DNA from: an uncultured delta proteobacterium
GTDB taxonomy: Bacteria > Desulfobacterota > Desulfobacteria > Desulfobacterales > UBA2156
Length of the DNA stretch: 64,000 nucleotides
Assembly (NCBI GenBank): GCA_963736855.1
Contig: CAVTQK010000009.1
Location: forward strand, 128,001 to 192,000
Reading direction: 5' to 3'
The position numbers and the translations under genes were made by a program. Positions 41,699-51,571 of this stretch are shown here, one piece after another (positions within the stretch are counted from its first letter, which is position 1; each line of letters begins with the position of its first letter). Below the pieces are notes generated by a model. It was not told the DNA's origin and did no database searches. It saw nothing but the letters and a program-made list of their open reading frames with translations.

Positions 41699-42601
41699 CT
41701 ATTTTTGCAGAATTTCCCGGAAAGCCGATTCGATATCCGGGTATGTATATTGAAAATCCGCCGAAACGAGCTTTTTGGGAACACATCGTTGGCTGGAAAG
41801 CAAAGCGGAAGCCAATTCTCCCATCACCATTCGGATGGCGAAAGCAGGCGTAGGTATGAAGGTGGGTCGATCCAGGATGCGTCCGATGATCTTTGTCATC
41901 TCTTTGTTGCGAACCGGATTCGGGGCACAGAAATTGACTGGGCCTTTCAATTCCTGATGTTCGGTCACCCAGATCATCGCAGCGCACAAATCATCGATAT
42001 GAATCCATGAGAACCACTGTTCCCCGTTTCCCAAAGGTCCTCCGATGAAAAATTTAAAGGGGGCCAGCATCTTGTTCACGGCACCGCCCTCTTCCCCCAA
42101 GACGATCCCAAAACGCGCACAGACGACCCTTATGCCCTTCTTTTCCCCTTCTAAAGCCGCCGACTCCCAATCCATGCCCACTTCGCTTAAAAAACCAGAG
42201 CCGGGCGGTGCATCCTCGTCCAGGATAGTATCGCCCTGACTCCCGTAAAAACCGACCGCCGAGGCGTTGATCAAAAGACCTTGACGGGACGATTCCAGAC
42301 TCTCTACGATATTGTGGGTTGTCAGAATACGGGATTCACGAATCTGCGTCTTATAGGCTTTGGTCCACCGACGAAAAATGGTATTCCCCACCAGGTTGAC
42401 TACCGCATCGGCTTCCGCCAGGGATTCCTGCCACCGGCCTTTCCGGGTCAGGTCGGCTTGTACGTAACTCAGACGGGGGTGCGCTTTCAGCGGAAAATTG
42501 GAACGGGTCCCTGTTGCCGTAACGCGATTCCCTTGTTCCAGGAGCTTCTTCGTGAGGCATTTTCCGATGAATCCGGTCCCACCTGCAATATAAACATGCA
42601 T
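41699..42601 (-). CDS. TIGR01777/YfcH family NAD-dependent epimerase-like oxidoreductase
   Basis: GGTGFIG, VVNLVG, ASAVGFYG, RFGIVLG, GGPLGNGEQWFSWIHIDD. Confidence 0.9.
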   Translation of the reverse strand: MHVYIAGGTGFIGKCLTKKLLEQGNRVTATGTRSNFPLKAHPRLSYVQADLTRKGRWQESLAEADAVVNLVGNTIFRRWTKAYKTQIRESRILTTHNIVESLESSRQGLLINASAVGFYGSQGDTILDEDAPPGSGFLSEVGMDWESAALEGEKKGIRVVCARFGIVLGEEGGAVNKMLAPFKFFIGGPLGNGEQWFSWIHIDDLCAAMIWVTEHQELKGPVNFCAPNPVRNKEMTKIIGRILDRPTFIPTPAFAIRMVMGELASALLSSQRCVPKKLVSADFQYTYPDIESAFREILQK

Positions 42602-42697
42602 AGATCTCTCTTAGCAAATCTTCGCTTTTTTTGCGAATTTCGTGTACTTTTTTAAACCGATGAGCAAATCAGGTCAGCGATCGGATGAAAATGAAAC

Positions 42698-42726
42698 AGG
42701 GGCAGCACTCGCTCATACTGCCCCCA
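42698..42726 (-). terminator. Terminator-like hairpin downstream of the HesB-like gene
   Basis: GGGGGCAG...CTGCCCCC stem with a U-rich tail on the minus strand. Confidence 0.55.
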
Positions 42727-42743
42727 GTGAGAGAATCGATTGA

Positions 42744-43058
42744 TTAATGTCCGCAGGAATCTGATGAACAACTGCTTCCACAACCGGCATTTAACCGAAG
42801 GTTTGAGGTTAATTTAAATCCAACTTCCTGAAAATCCACCTTGATCGGCTTGGCTTTTTCTATGAAATCCTTGTTCACAAGGTATTTGAATCCATCGATT
42901 TCATAAACATCGTCTGCATCTTTCGGCTCATCCAGAGCCATCGCTAGTGACGGCCCGCCTCAACCGCCTTCGTATAAAAAGATCCTGATGGGGGAAACCG
43001 ATTTCCCCTTGAAATATTCGGCAATCTGGCGGGTTGCTGCTTCTGTGACCTCTATCAT
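42744..43058 (-). CDS. HesB/IscA-like selenoprotein (Sec at codon 33)
   Basis: AGGAGG RBS and ATG 43058: MIEVTEAATRQIAEYFKGKSVSPIRIFLYEGG-(TGA)-GGPSLAMALDEPKDADD...; the TGA at 42960-42962 sits at the conserved GG[C/U]GG position, with hairpins just downstream. Confidence 0.9.
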
Positions 43059-43135
43059 GATGATCCTCCTTTTAAACGCCTAACACTTGAATTTTATAAA
43101 AAACCTTTTGAAGGTCGTTTCAAACAAGTAAAGGT

Positions 43136-43164
43136 AAACTAGACACGAAACCCGGGTTTGTCAA
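43136..43164 (-). promoter_or_regulatory. Sigma70-type promoter of the HesB-like gene
   Basis: TTGACA-N17-TAGTTT on the minus strand. Confidence 0.55.
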
Positions 43165-43204
43165 CGGAATTATCTTCATAATTGAATTTGGAAAAAAATT
43201 AGCC

Positions 43205-43747
43205 TTAATTATTAAGAAATATCAAGTAGTTATTGTAAACCTTGGCATCGTCTTCGGAAAACAGGATAAAAATAACCTGTTTGATGCCAGGGTACTTCCC
43301 GAGATGTTCACAAGTCGTATCCATGGCGATTTTACAGGCGTATTCGATTGGGTATCCATATGCCCCGCAGCTGATGGCCGGAAATGCTATGGAAGAAAGG
43401 CCGTTTTCATCAGCCAACTTCAGACTGCCGGCATAACATCGGGAAAGAAGGGTTGCGTCCTGCGCCCTCCCGCGATACACAGGGCCCACTGTGTGGATGA
43501 CATGTAGGGCAGGCAGGTTATATCCCTTGGTGATTCGAGCCTCTCCGGCGGGACACCCGCCCAGGGTCCTGCATTCGGTTTGAAGCCCCGGACCGGCCGC
43601 ATGATGAATGGCGCCATCTACACCGCCTCCACCCAAAAGGGTGGTATTGGCCGCATTCACGATGGCATCCACTCCCAGATGAGTGATGTCTCCCCGGCGC
43701 ACCTCAATGCGGTCTAAAACCATTTTGTCGATTCCCGGCCTTGCCAT
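43205..43747 (-). CDS. Macrodomain O-acetyl-ADP-ribose deacetylase (YmdB-like)
   Basis: GDIT, DAIVNAAN..LLGGGGVDGAIH.AAG, VIHTVGP, AFPAISCGAYGYP. Confidence 0.92.
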   Translation of the reverse strand: MARPGIDKMVLDRIEVRRGDITHLGVDAIVNAANTTLLGGGGVDGAIHHAAGPGLQTECRTLGGCPAGEARITKGYNLPALHVIHTVGPVYRGRAQDATLLSRCYAGSLKLADENGLSSIAFPAISCGAYGYPIEYACKIAMDTTCEHLGKYPGIKQVIFILFSEDDAKVYNNYLIFLNN

Positions 43748-43773
43748 GACTCCATCCTTCTCTGTTTTAATGG

Positions 43774-44268
43774 CTACAGGTCGTATAGGGTTTCATCCCT
43801 TTTGGGAACAATCCTTCTCATTGCACCGGCCTTACCTTTTTTCTCGGGCATAAGAAATGGTTCCTCTTCTCCCAAAAGATCCCCCATCTCGGCCTCCACT
43901 TGTTCAGGGTCCTCTCCTTTCTCCATACGAGTCAACGCCTCCTGCATTTTTGGGCTCAACTGCATGCCGGTCATATCCGTGAGCTTGCGCATGAGATTTG
44001 CCGCCTGCTTCGGATCATTCTCATCGATTTTATCCGCCTGCCCGGCCAACATGTTCATGGCCTGTTCCATCTTGGACTCGTCAAAGGGCAAATTGTCCAT
44101 CTCCCCGGGTTCCTTTGCCTTTCCGGTAAAAGCAAAGCGCGATATTTGGCGTGTCAGCTTCTGATCTTTGCATTTAGGGCAATTGGGCTTTTTGGAGATA
44201 TTGACGGTTTTTGAATAGAAACTGTAGATGGTGTTACACTGTTTACAGAAAAATTCATAAATCGGCAT
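43774..44268 (-). CDS. FmdB family zinc-ribbon protein
   Basis: MPIYEFFCKQC...CPKC...ISRF. Confidence 0.85.
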   Translation of the reverse strand: MPIYEFFCKQCNTIYSFYSKTVNISKKPNCPKCKDQKLTRQISRFAFTGKAKEPGEMDNLPFDESKMEQAMNMLAGQADKIDENDPKQAANLMRKLTDMTGMQLSPKMQEALTRMEKGEDPEQVEAEMGDLLGEEEPFLMPEKKGKAGAMRRIVPKRDETLYDL

Positions 44269-44312
44269 AGCAGAATCCCCCCAATTCGATCGATGGTCAG
44301 TAGTAGGAAATA

Positions 44313-44341
44313 AAATTAGCTTGGATCTTTTTTTGTGTCAA
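44313..44341 (-). promoter_or_regulatory. Sigma70-type promoter of the FmdB-macrodomain genes
   Basis: TTGACA-N17-TAATTT on the minus strand. Confidence 0.5.
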
Positions 44342-44440
44342 CCCCGCTGCTTCCATACAACATCGTGCCGTCTGCGCAAAACGCAAGTTGTTCCGGTCGT
44401 TGACTTGTCATCAGACGTCTGCTATTCCAGCCCAAAACTA

Positions 44441-44587
44441 TACCCTGCAGTTGCATAAAAAACATGACAAAGAATAGAAAAAAGGATGATAACAGGGCAT
44501 TTGAATAAGTTTAGGCATGGCTTGCGAATAAACTTTTGATGACTTCTAAAGCAAATAAAAAATTTATCATGTTTTTTACCCGGAGGG
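44441..44587 (+). repeat. Dispersed intergenic repeat, copy 3 (longest, with inverted ends)
   Basis: Starts TACCCTGCAGTTGCATAAAAAACATGACAAAG; ends TTTATCATGTTTTTTACCCGGAGGG, the inverted counterpart of CCCT...TAAAAAACATGACAAA. Confidence 0.8.
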
Positions 44588-44686
44588 AAAGTCGAAAATG
44601 TCCCATCTCCTTCGTTGCCGAGGGCTCGCAGTAAAATACTACGGCTTCGCCCTTGGACGCCTTGGATCCGGGGCATCCTCGGCTTT
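44588..44686. repeat. ~100-nt imperfect palindrome (REP/MITE-like) upstream of ndk
   Basis: Nested stems AAAGTCGA/TCGGCTTT, ATGTCCC/GGGGCAT, CCGAGGGC/GCCCTTGG, AGTA-AAA-TACT. Confidence 0.6.
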
Positions 44687-44730
44687 TACAATAGTAGGGT
44701 ATCTAACCCTTGAGAAAGGAATTGGTCTTA

Positions 44731-45147
44731 ATGGAAAGAACGCTTTCGATCATCAAACCCGACGGGGTGTCCCGGGGGCTGATCGGCGAAGTCATCAGGC
44801 GATTTGAGAAAAACGGCATCCGGATTGCCGCCATAAAAATGATCCATATGACCCGGAAACAAGCACAAGGTTTTTACGCCGTGCACCGGGAGCGCCCCTT
44901 CTTCGACAGCCTCACTCAATTTATGTCCTCCGGTCCCGTGGTCGTTATGGTTCTAGAGGGTGAAAACGTCATCGAAAAAAATCGGGCCCTGATGGGCGCT
45001 ACCGATCCTGCTAAAGCCGCCGCAGGAACGATCCGCCGAGACTTTGCGACGGAAATCGAGAAAAATGTGGTTCATGGATCAGATTCCCCGGAAACCGCTG
45101 CGTTTGAGATCGGGTATTTTTTCAATCGGTTCGAAATCGCCGCCTGA
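44731..45147 (+). CDS. ndk: Nucleoside-diphosphate kinase
   Basis: [39 protein letters not shown]. Confidence 0.97.
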   Translation: MERTLSIIKPDGVSRGLIGEVIRRFEKNGIRIAAIKMIHMTRKQAQGFYAVHRERPFFDSLTQFMSSGPVVVMVLEGENVIEKNRALMGATDPAKAAAGTIRRDFATEIEKNVVHGSDSPETAAFEIGYFFNRFEIAA

Positions 45148-45911
45148 TGCCGGAAAAGGTGAATCTGAATCATGTAGCCATCGTCTTACACCGGCCCCGG
45201 TATCCGGAAAATATCGGGGCCGCTGCCCGGGCCATGAAGAATATGGGAATCCGGAACCTGGTAGTGGTGGACCCCCAGGATTGCGATCTGACCCGGATCT
45301 TGAAAATGGCCACTCACTCCGCCATCGAGGTGGTGGAGGAGATGGAAGTCGCCGGACACCTGAAAGAAGCCCTTGGGCCTTTCGGATACGTGGTGGGAAC
45401 CACAGCCCGCACCGGAGGCACCCGCCACGGCATCCAATCTCCGTCGAAAATGGCTCAGACTTTAATCCCCATCTCCAAGGAAAACCGTATTGCCGTCGTC
45501 TTCGGTCCCGAGGACAGAGGCCTTAGCAATGCAAACCTCAGACTTTGCCATATGCTGGTCACCATCCCCACTTCCTGCTTTTCCTCCCTCAACTTAGCCC
45601 AAGCCGTGATGATCATCTGCTACGAGCTGTTTTCTGCCGGTTCCCCGAAAGCAACCGAGGTTGCCGACCGCCTGGCCACGCGGCATGAGCTGGACGGCAT
45701 GTATGACCAAATGAAAGACATCCTGGTCCGAATCAATTACATCAACCCGGAGAACCCGGACTTCTGGATGGCCAAAATCCGCCGGTTTTTCACCCGGATG
45801 CAGCTTCGGGCGGGAGAGGTCTCCATCCTCCGGGGAATCTGTCGACAGATCGACTGGTACAGCCGAAAATGTTATCTGGACGGAACGAAAGATAAGGAGA
45901 CGAGGCCATGA
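45147..45911 (+). CDS. TrmJ/LasT family SPOUT RNA methyltransferase
   Basis: PENIGAAARAMKNMG, VFGPEDRGLSN, SSLNLAQAV. Confidence 0.92.
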   Translation: MPEKVNLNHVAIVLHRPRYPENIGAAARAMKNMGIRNLVVVDPQDCDLTRILKMATHSAIEVVEEMEVAGHLKEALGPFGYVVGTTARTGGTRHGIQSPSKMAQTLIPISKENRIAVVFGPEDRGLSNANLRLCHMLVTIPTSCFSSLNLAQAVMIICYELFSAGSPKATEVADRLATRHELDGMYDQMKDILVRINYINPENPDFWMAKIRRFFTRMQLRAGEVSILRGICRQIDWYSRKCYLDGTKDKETRP

Positions 45912-46747
45912 GACTGATCCGATTCGGACCCAAAGGACAAGAGAGACCGGGACTTCTTAAGGGAAATCGCATCGTGGATCTGTGGACGCGTTTCCCGGAT
46001 ATGCCGGATATTGGAGAAGATTTTTTTCGACGTGGCTGGCTGGAAAAAGTCCGCAGGACAACAGATCCCGGCAAACCCCTGGATACCCGTTGGGGATGCC
46101 CCGTCATTCGACCCTCGAAAATCATTTGCCTGGGTAAAAACTATCCTGAACACGCCCGGGAAGGCGGTTTTGCACCTCCAAAAGCTCCGCTTCTGTTTGC
46201 TAAAGCCCCTAGCGCCCTTACCGGTCCCGGGGATCCCATCCTGCTTCCTATCAGCAGCGGCCAGGTGGATTGGGAGGTGGAACTGGCTGTTATCATCGGA
46301 AAAGAAGGGAAGCGGATTTCAAAAGAGTCCGCCTTGGAATTTGTTGCCGGTGTCTCGGTCATGAACGACGTGTCCGCAAGGGAGGCCCAGTTCGGCGACT
46401 CCCAGTGGTTCCGGGGTAAATCCTTCGATACCTTTGCACCCCTCGGCCCATGTCTGGTCACCCTCGATGAGATCCCGGATCTTCCCAAGCTTAAACTGAC
46501 CACAAAAGTGGACGGGGTCCTCATGCAGGAAGGTCTTGCCGGAGAGATGCTCTTCGATATCCCGATGCTGCTTTCGTTCATCAGCCAGGACATCACGTTT
46601 TTGCCCGGAGATGTTCTATCCACCGGAACGCCGAGCGGGGTGGGGATTTTCCGGGATCCGCCCATTACGCTCAGGGCCGGAAACGTGGTTGAATGTCACA
46701 TTGAGGGGATCGGATCCCTGGTCAACCCGGTTGTCTCGGAAACGTAA
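45908..46747 (+). CDS. Fumarylacetoacetate hydrolase family protein
   Basis: KIICLGKNY.EH, DWEVELAVIIGK, NDVSAR, GKSFDTF.P.GP, TGTPSGVG. Confidence 0.92.
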   Translation: MRLIRFGPKGQERPGLLKGNRIVDLWTRFPDMPDIGEDFFRRGWLEKVRRTTDPGKPLDTRWGCPVIRPSKIICLGKNYPEHAREGGFAPPKAPLLFAKAPSALTGPGDPILLPISSGQVDWEVELAVIIGKEGKRISKESALEFVAGVSVMNDVSAREAQFGDSQWFRGKSFDTFAPLGPCLVTLDEIPDLPKLKLTTKVDGVLMQEGLAGEMLFDIPMLLSFISQDITFLPGDVLSTGTPSGVGIFRDPPITLRAGNVVECHIEGIGSLVNPVVSET

Positions 46748-46868
46748 TCCCTGAACCCTTTAAACTACAACAACGAGCCCATTTCCCCGTTTCTGAATTT
46801 ATGTTCCAAAGGTTGGATTGAAATAATCTGCATGGCATGATGAAAAGACTGGGGGTTATGAACCCTTT

Positions 46869-48665
46869 TTAGTCTTTTCCAGATTTCAGAACCGAAAGGA
46901 AGGCGGACTGGGGAATCATGACCTGACCCACCATCTTCATCCGTTTTTTTCCTTTTTTCTGCTTCTCTAAAAGCTTCCTTTTTCGCGTGATGTCCCCCCC
47001 GTAGCATTTTGCCGTGACATCTTTGCGGAAGGGCGAAATGGTGGTCCGGGAGATGATCTTGGAACCGATGGCCCCCTGAATGGCCACCTTGAACATCTGC
47101 CGGGGGATCTCCTCTTTGAGGCGTTCGCACGCGAATCGAGCCCTTTCTTCGGCCCGCTCCCGATGAACCAGCTGGGAAAGGGCATCCACCCGCTCGCCGT
47201 TGATGAGGATATCCACCTTCACCAGTTCGGTCCCCCGCCAGTCGAGGATATCGTAATCGAAGGATCCGTAACCCTGGGTGACGGACTTGAGCTTATCATA
47301 AAAGTCGTAAATGACTTCAGCAAGAGGAAGTTCGAAGCTCATCTCGAGGCGTTCACTGGTCAGATACTGATAGTTGATACTGATCCCCCGACGATCCATG
47401 CACAACTTCATGATCGCTCCCATATATCGTTCGGGGGTAATGATGGTGGCCCGGATAAAGGGTTCTTTTGTTTTTTCGATTTGACTCGGATCCGGATACA
47501 ACGCCGGATTATCGATCATGACCGTTTCGCCGCTGCGCATAATGATCTCATAGCGAACCGTAGGGGAGGTCAAAATAAGGGAAAGGCCGTATTCCCGCTC
47601 CAAGCGCTCCTGGACCACCTCCAGATGAAGCAGCCCGAGAAACCCGCATCGAAATCCAAAGCCGAGTGCCGCCGAGGTGTCTTTTTCGTAAGTCAATGCA
47701 GCATCGTTGAGCTTGAGCTTTTCGATTGCAACAGCCAACTCTTCATAATCGTCGGACTGGATCGGATAGATCGATGAAAAAACCACCGGTTTCGATGCCT
47801 TGAATCCAGATAAGGCTTTGTCGCACGGCTGATCCCGGTGGGTGACGGTATCCCCGCACCGCGTATCACTGACGGTTTTGATCCCCGCGATAAAATATCC
47901 CACCTGACCCGCTTTCAGTTCCTTTTGGGGGACCCGAACGATCTGAAAAATCCCCGCCTCTTCAACCCGGTAGACCGCCTGATTGGACATGAAGAGGATG
48001 GAATCTCCTGGCTTCAGGATCCCCTCAAAAATGCGAATGTGGACAATGGTACCCCGGTAAGGGTCGTAGTTGGAATCGAAAATCAGCGCCTTCAAGGCGG
48101 CCTCGGGATTCCCTGTCGGCGGAGGAAGCTTTTCAACGATCCGTTCGAAAACCGCCTCGATGCCGATCCCCTCCTTGGCTGAAATGAGGAGGACATTTTC
48201 GGCATCGAGCCCAAGATCTTCTTCAATCTGCTTTTTGGTCCGCTCAATGTCCGCAGACGGGAGATCGATCTTGTTGATGACCGGGATGACTTCGAGATTG
48301 TGCTCCAGGGCCAGGTAGAGATTGGCCAGAGTCTGGGCTTCGACTCCCTGACTGGCATCGATCAAGAGGAGCGCGCCTTCGCAAGAGGCCAGGGCGCGGG
48401 AGACCTCATAGGTGAAATCCACATGACCAGGAGTGTCGATGAGGTTGAGGATATACGATTTTCCGTCTTGGGTCGCGTAGGGCAGGCACACGGTCTGGCT
48501 CTTGATGGTGATGCCTCGCTCCCTTTCGATATCCATGTTATCCAGAATCTGATCGTAAAAATCCCGATCCGAGACGATATGCGCCTGCTGGATCAATCGA
48601 TCCGACAGGGTGGATTTGCCGTGATCGATATGGGCAATGATGCTGAAGTTGCGGATATTTTCCAT
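46869..48665 (-). CDS. lepA: Elongation factor 4 (LepA)
   Basis: MENIRNFSIIAHIDHGKSTLSDR, GFRCGFLGLLH, RKDVTAKCYGGDITRKRKLLEKQKKGKKRMK. Confidence 0.98.
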   Translation of the reverse strand: MENIRNFSIIAHIDHGKSTLSDRLIQQAHIVSDRDFYDQILDNMDIERERGITIKSQTVCLPYATQDGKSYILNLIDTPGHVDFTYEVSRALASCEGALLLIDASQGVEAQTLANLYLALEHNLEVIPVINKIDLPSADIERTKKQIEEDLGLDAENVLLISAKEGIGIEAVFERIVEKLPPPTGNPEAALKALIFDSNYDPYRGTIVHIRIFEGILKPGDSILFMSNQAVYRVEEAGIFQIVRVPQKELKAGQVGYFIAGIKTVSDTRCGDTVTHRDQPCDKALSGFKASKPVVFSSIYPIQSDDYEELAVAIEKLKLNDAALTYEKDTSAALGFGFRCGFLGLLHLEVVQERLEREYGLSLILTSPTVRYEIIMRSGETVMIDNPALYPDPSQIEKTKEPFIRATIITPERYMGAIMKLCMDRRGISINYQYLTSERLEMSFELPLAEVIYDFYDKLKSVTQGYGSFDYDILDWRGTELVKVDILINGERVDALSQLVHRERAEERARFACERLKEEIPRQMFKVAIQGAIGSKIISRTTISPFRKDVTAKCYGGDITRKRKLLEKQKKGKKRMKMVGQVMIPQSAFLSVLKSGKD

Positions 48666-48790
48666 AGTGTGTTGTGTCTTGACCCAAAAGCCGATTGACA
48701 CCCTCTGCGCTTTCGGTTATCAGTCGGGGAGTTTTCTCTATCAGAGGCGGAGACGTTGTGTCAACCTAAACCCGGGAAGCCTGCAACATA

Positions 48791-49720
48791 ATGGAATCAC
48801 GAATCCTCATCGTCGAAGACGACGCTATTTTATTGAACTTTTTAAGCGACTACCTCGAAATCGCAGGATTTCAGCCCACTGCGGTCACCAACGCTGAGAC
48901 CGCCCTAAAGCTCTTGGATGAAAACGGGTTCGAAGTCGTCGTCCTCGATATCATTCTTCCAGGAATGAGCGGCCTGGATATGACGACAAGCATCAAGAAA
49001 AAATGTGATGTAGACGTGATCCTCATGACTGGGTACCAGGACGATCACTCCTATGAGATGGCCATTAAAAGCGGAGCAAGCGACTTTATCATCAAACCTT
49101 TTCGAGCAGAAGAGCTTTTACTGCGCATCAAACGTGTCATCCGGGAAAGGGAGCTGAACAAGGAACGCGGCCGGATCATGGAAAAATTGAAAAAACTGGC
49201 CACAACCGACGGTCTCACCAAGCTTTTCAACTCCCGGCATTTCTACAATCAGCTTCGACTGGAAGTGGAGCGCACCATCCGATACGCCCACCCCCTTTCC
49301 CTGCTGTTCATCGATATCGACAGGTTCAAGGTTTACAATGACCGGTACGGCCACCTGGAAGGAGACAAGGTCCTTGCCAGGCTCGGTGAAATCATTAAGT
49401 CTTGTCTTCGGAGGATGGATTCTGCGTATCGGTACGGGGGCGAGGAATTGACGGTAATCCTTCCTGAAACCCCGGCCGACGAGGCCCGGGTGGTGGGCGA
49501 ACGGATCCGATCCACTATCGAAAATGAGCTTTTCATGGTGGGATCCGAGGTAACCGGAAAAATCACAGTGAGTATCGGCGTTACGGAGTATCGGCCCCCC
49601 GAACCTATCGCCGAGTTCATCAACCGATCCGACCGGGCCATGTATGATTCAAAACTCCAGGGTCGAAACCGGATTTCGATCCATACCGCAAAAATCGGCT
49701 CCACGCAGGATCACTCCTGA
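48791..49720 (+). CDS. Response-regulator diguanylate cyclase (REC-GGDEF)
   Basis: ILIVEDD...LDIILPG receiver; DGLTKLFN, DIDRFK, RRMD I-site, YGGEEL. Confidence 0.92.
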   Translation: MESRILIVEDDAILLNFLSDYLEIAGFQPTAVTNAETALKLLDENGFEVVVLDIILPGMSGLDMTTSIKKKCDVDVILMTGYQDDHSYEMAIKSGASDFIIKPFRAEELLLRIKRVIRERELNKERGRIMEKLKKLATTDGLTKLFNSRHFYNQLRLEVERTIRYAHPLSLLFIDIDRFKVYNDRYGHLEGDKVLARLGEIIKSCLRRMDSAYRYGGEELTVILPETPADEARVVGERIRSTIENELFMVGSEVTGKITVSIGVTEYRPPEPIAEFINRSDRAMYDSKLQGRNRISIHTAKIGSTQDHS

Positions 49721-49737
49721 CACTATTGAGCGCTTCT

Positions 49738-50709
49738 TTAGGATTCTATCTCGACTGTCAATAACAGGTCTCCCCGGGTGCCGTCCGGCATCTGCTTTCC
49801 CATGCCCTTGAGTCTCAGCCGGCCTCCTTGACGGGTATCAGCCGGAATCGAAACCCTGAATATCCGCTTTTGAAACCCCCATGGAACATTGACCAGCTTC
49901 CGAGTCCCTACCAGGGCTTCGAAGGGGGTGATCCTCATCGTCCCGTAGAGGTTGGGATCCTCCCCGGTCCCGGTGGGCTGTACCATTTGAAGGCGATGGC
50001 CGGTCTTTTTTTCCGTGACGCGGTTGACTATATTGCTGATGCCCGTCAACGGCAATGCATCAAAGAGTTTCAAAAAGAGCATGCCGAAGACAAACCCTCC
50101 GATGTGGGCCCACCAAGCGATACCGCCCCCGGCACCCTGGCTTCCGGCAGCACTTAAAAACTGAAAAAGAAACCATATGCCCAAAAACAGGTACGCCGGC
50201 ACCTCGATAAAATATGGGATAATCAAGATGGGGATCAATGTCAGCACTTTGGATCCCGGAAAGGCTATAAAATAAGCGCCCATGACCCCGGCGATGGCGC
50301 CACTGGCCCCGATGGTGGGAACATTCGAATGGTAGTTGATCAACAGATGTGAAATGCCCGAGGCCAGTCCGCAGAGAAGATAAAAAAACAGGTACCGCAG
50401 GGACCCAAGCCGGTCTTCCACATTATCTCCGAAGATATATAAAGACCACATGTTCCCCAGAAGGTGGAAAAACCCGCCGTGAAGAAACATGAATGAAACC
50501 AGGGAAAAAAGCTGCTGTCCTGTGGAAAAATGGGCGGCAATCTGGTCCACGGAATATCTGGCCGGTACCAAGCCGTAAAAATAAACGAACCGATTCAGCC
50601 CCGGGCCCAGCCCCGTTTGGATGAAATAGACGAAAACATTAAGCGTAATAATGCCGTAGGTAACGACAGGATATTTTCTGGAAGGAATGGTGTCTCGAAT
50701 CGGAATCAT
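49738..50709 (-). CDS. Rhomboid intramembrane serine protease fused to a DnaJ C-terminal-like domain
   Basis: HGGFFHLLGNM, GASGAI, WWAHIGG; the tail NLYGTMRITPFEALVG...IPADTRQGGRLRLKGMG...GDLLLTV resembles DnaJ_C. Confidence 0.88.
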   Translation of the reverse strand: MIPIRDTIPSRKYPVVTYGIITLNVFVYFIQTGLGPGLNRFVYFYGLVPARYSVDQIAAHFSTGQQLFSLVSFMFLHGGFFHLLGNMWSLYIFGDNVEDRLGSLRYLFFYLLCGLASGISHLLINYHSNVPTIGASGAIAGVMGAYFIAFPGSKVLTLIPILIIPYFIEVPAYLFLGIWFLFQFLSAAGSQGAGGGIAWWAHIGGFVFGMLFLKLFDALPLTGISNIVNRVTEKKTGHRLQMVQPTGTGEDPNLYGTMRITPFEALVGTRKLVNVPWGFQKRIFRVSIPADTRQGGRLRLKGMGKQMPDGTRGDLLLTVEIES

Positions 50710-50730
50710 GGACCTTGGCCCCTGTTTGGG

Positions 50731-51570
50731 TCAAGCAATCGGTACAATATCCATGCTCAGGTCAACGGATCGCGCCGAATGCGTCAAGGCGCCGATGGAA
50801 ATGAGATCCACACCGCATTCGGCAAGAAGAGGAAGATCCTTTTTCTGGACCCTTCCCGAGACCTCCACCAAAGCCCTGCCGGCAATCAAGGCTACCGCGT
50901 CGCGGATCTTCGGAATATCCATATTATCCAGCATGATCACGTCGGCTCCGGAATCCAGGGCTTCCCGGACTTGATTAAGATCGGTCGCTTCAACCTCGAT
51001 CTTGTGCAAGTGAGAGACGTGTTTTTGGATCTGTGTGACAGCCTCGCGAACTCCGCCGCACATCTGGATATGATTGTCCTTGATCAGGATCCCGTCATAA
51101 AGGCCCATCCGGTGGTTTTGCGCTCCTCCCATCCGAACGGCATATTTTTCAAGGTAACGCCAGCCCGGTGTGGTTTTTCGGGTATCCACGATCTTGGCTT
51201 TCTTTCCCTTAACCGCCTTCACGTAGCCGGCGACATGGGTAGCGATCCCGCACAGACGCTGGAGAAAATTGAGCGCCGTGCGCTCTCCCGTAAGTAGGGC
51301 GCCCAGATTCCCTTCGGCCTCAAAAACCACCGATCCGGCCTGCACGGATTCCCCTTCCTTTCGGGAAGATCGAACTTGGACGCCGGCATCCAGCATGGAA
51401 AAGACCTTTGTTACCACAAAAAGTCCTGCCAGAATCATGCGTTCCTTTGCAACGATTTTAGCAAGTCCTGTCTGATCAGGGGAAACCAGCGGGAGCGTAG
51501 TAATATCCCCCGGTCCGATATCCTCTTCCAACGCCATTTCAATCAACCGTCGAAGGGCCGGGCTGTCCAT
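50731..51570 (-). CDS. nadC: Nicotinate-nucleotide pyrophosphorylase (carboxylating)
   Basis: EDIGPGDITT, GERTALNFLQRL, DTRKTTPG, ILIKDNH, IMLDNM, ISIGALTHS. Confidence 0.96.
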   Translation of the reverse strand: MDSPALRRLIEMALEEDIGPGDITTLPLVSPDQTGLAKIVAKERMILAGLFVVTKVFSMLDAGVQVRSSRKEGESVQAGSVVFEAEGNLGALLTGERTALNFLQRLCGIATHVAGYVKAVKGKKAKIVDTRKTTPGWRYLEKYAVRMGGAQNHRMGLYDGILIKDNHIQMCGGVREAVTQIQKHVSHLHKIEVEATDLNQVREALDSGADVIMLDNMDIPKIRDAVALIAGRALVEVSGRVQKKDLPLLAECGVDLISIGALTHSARSVDLSMDIVPIA

Positions 51571-51571
51571 T

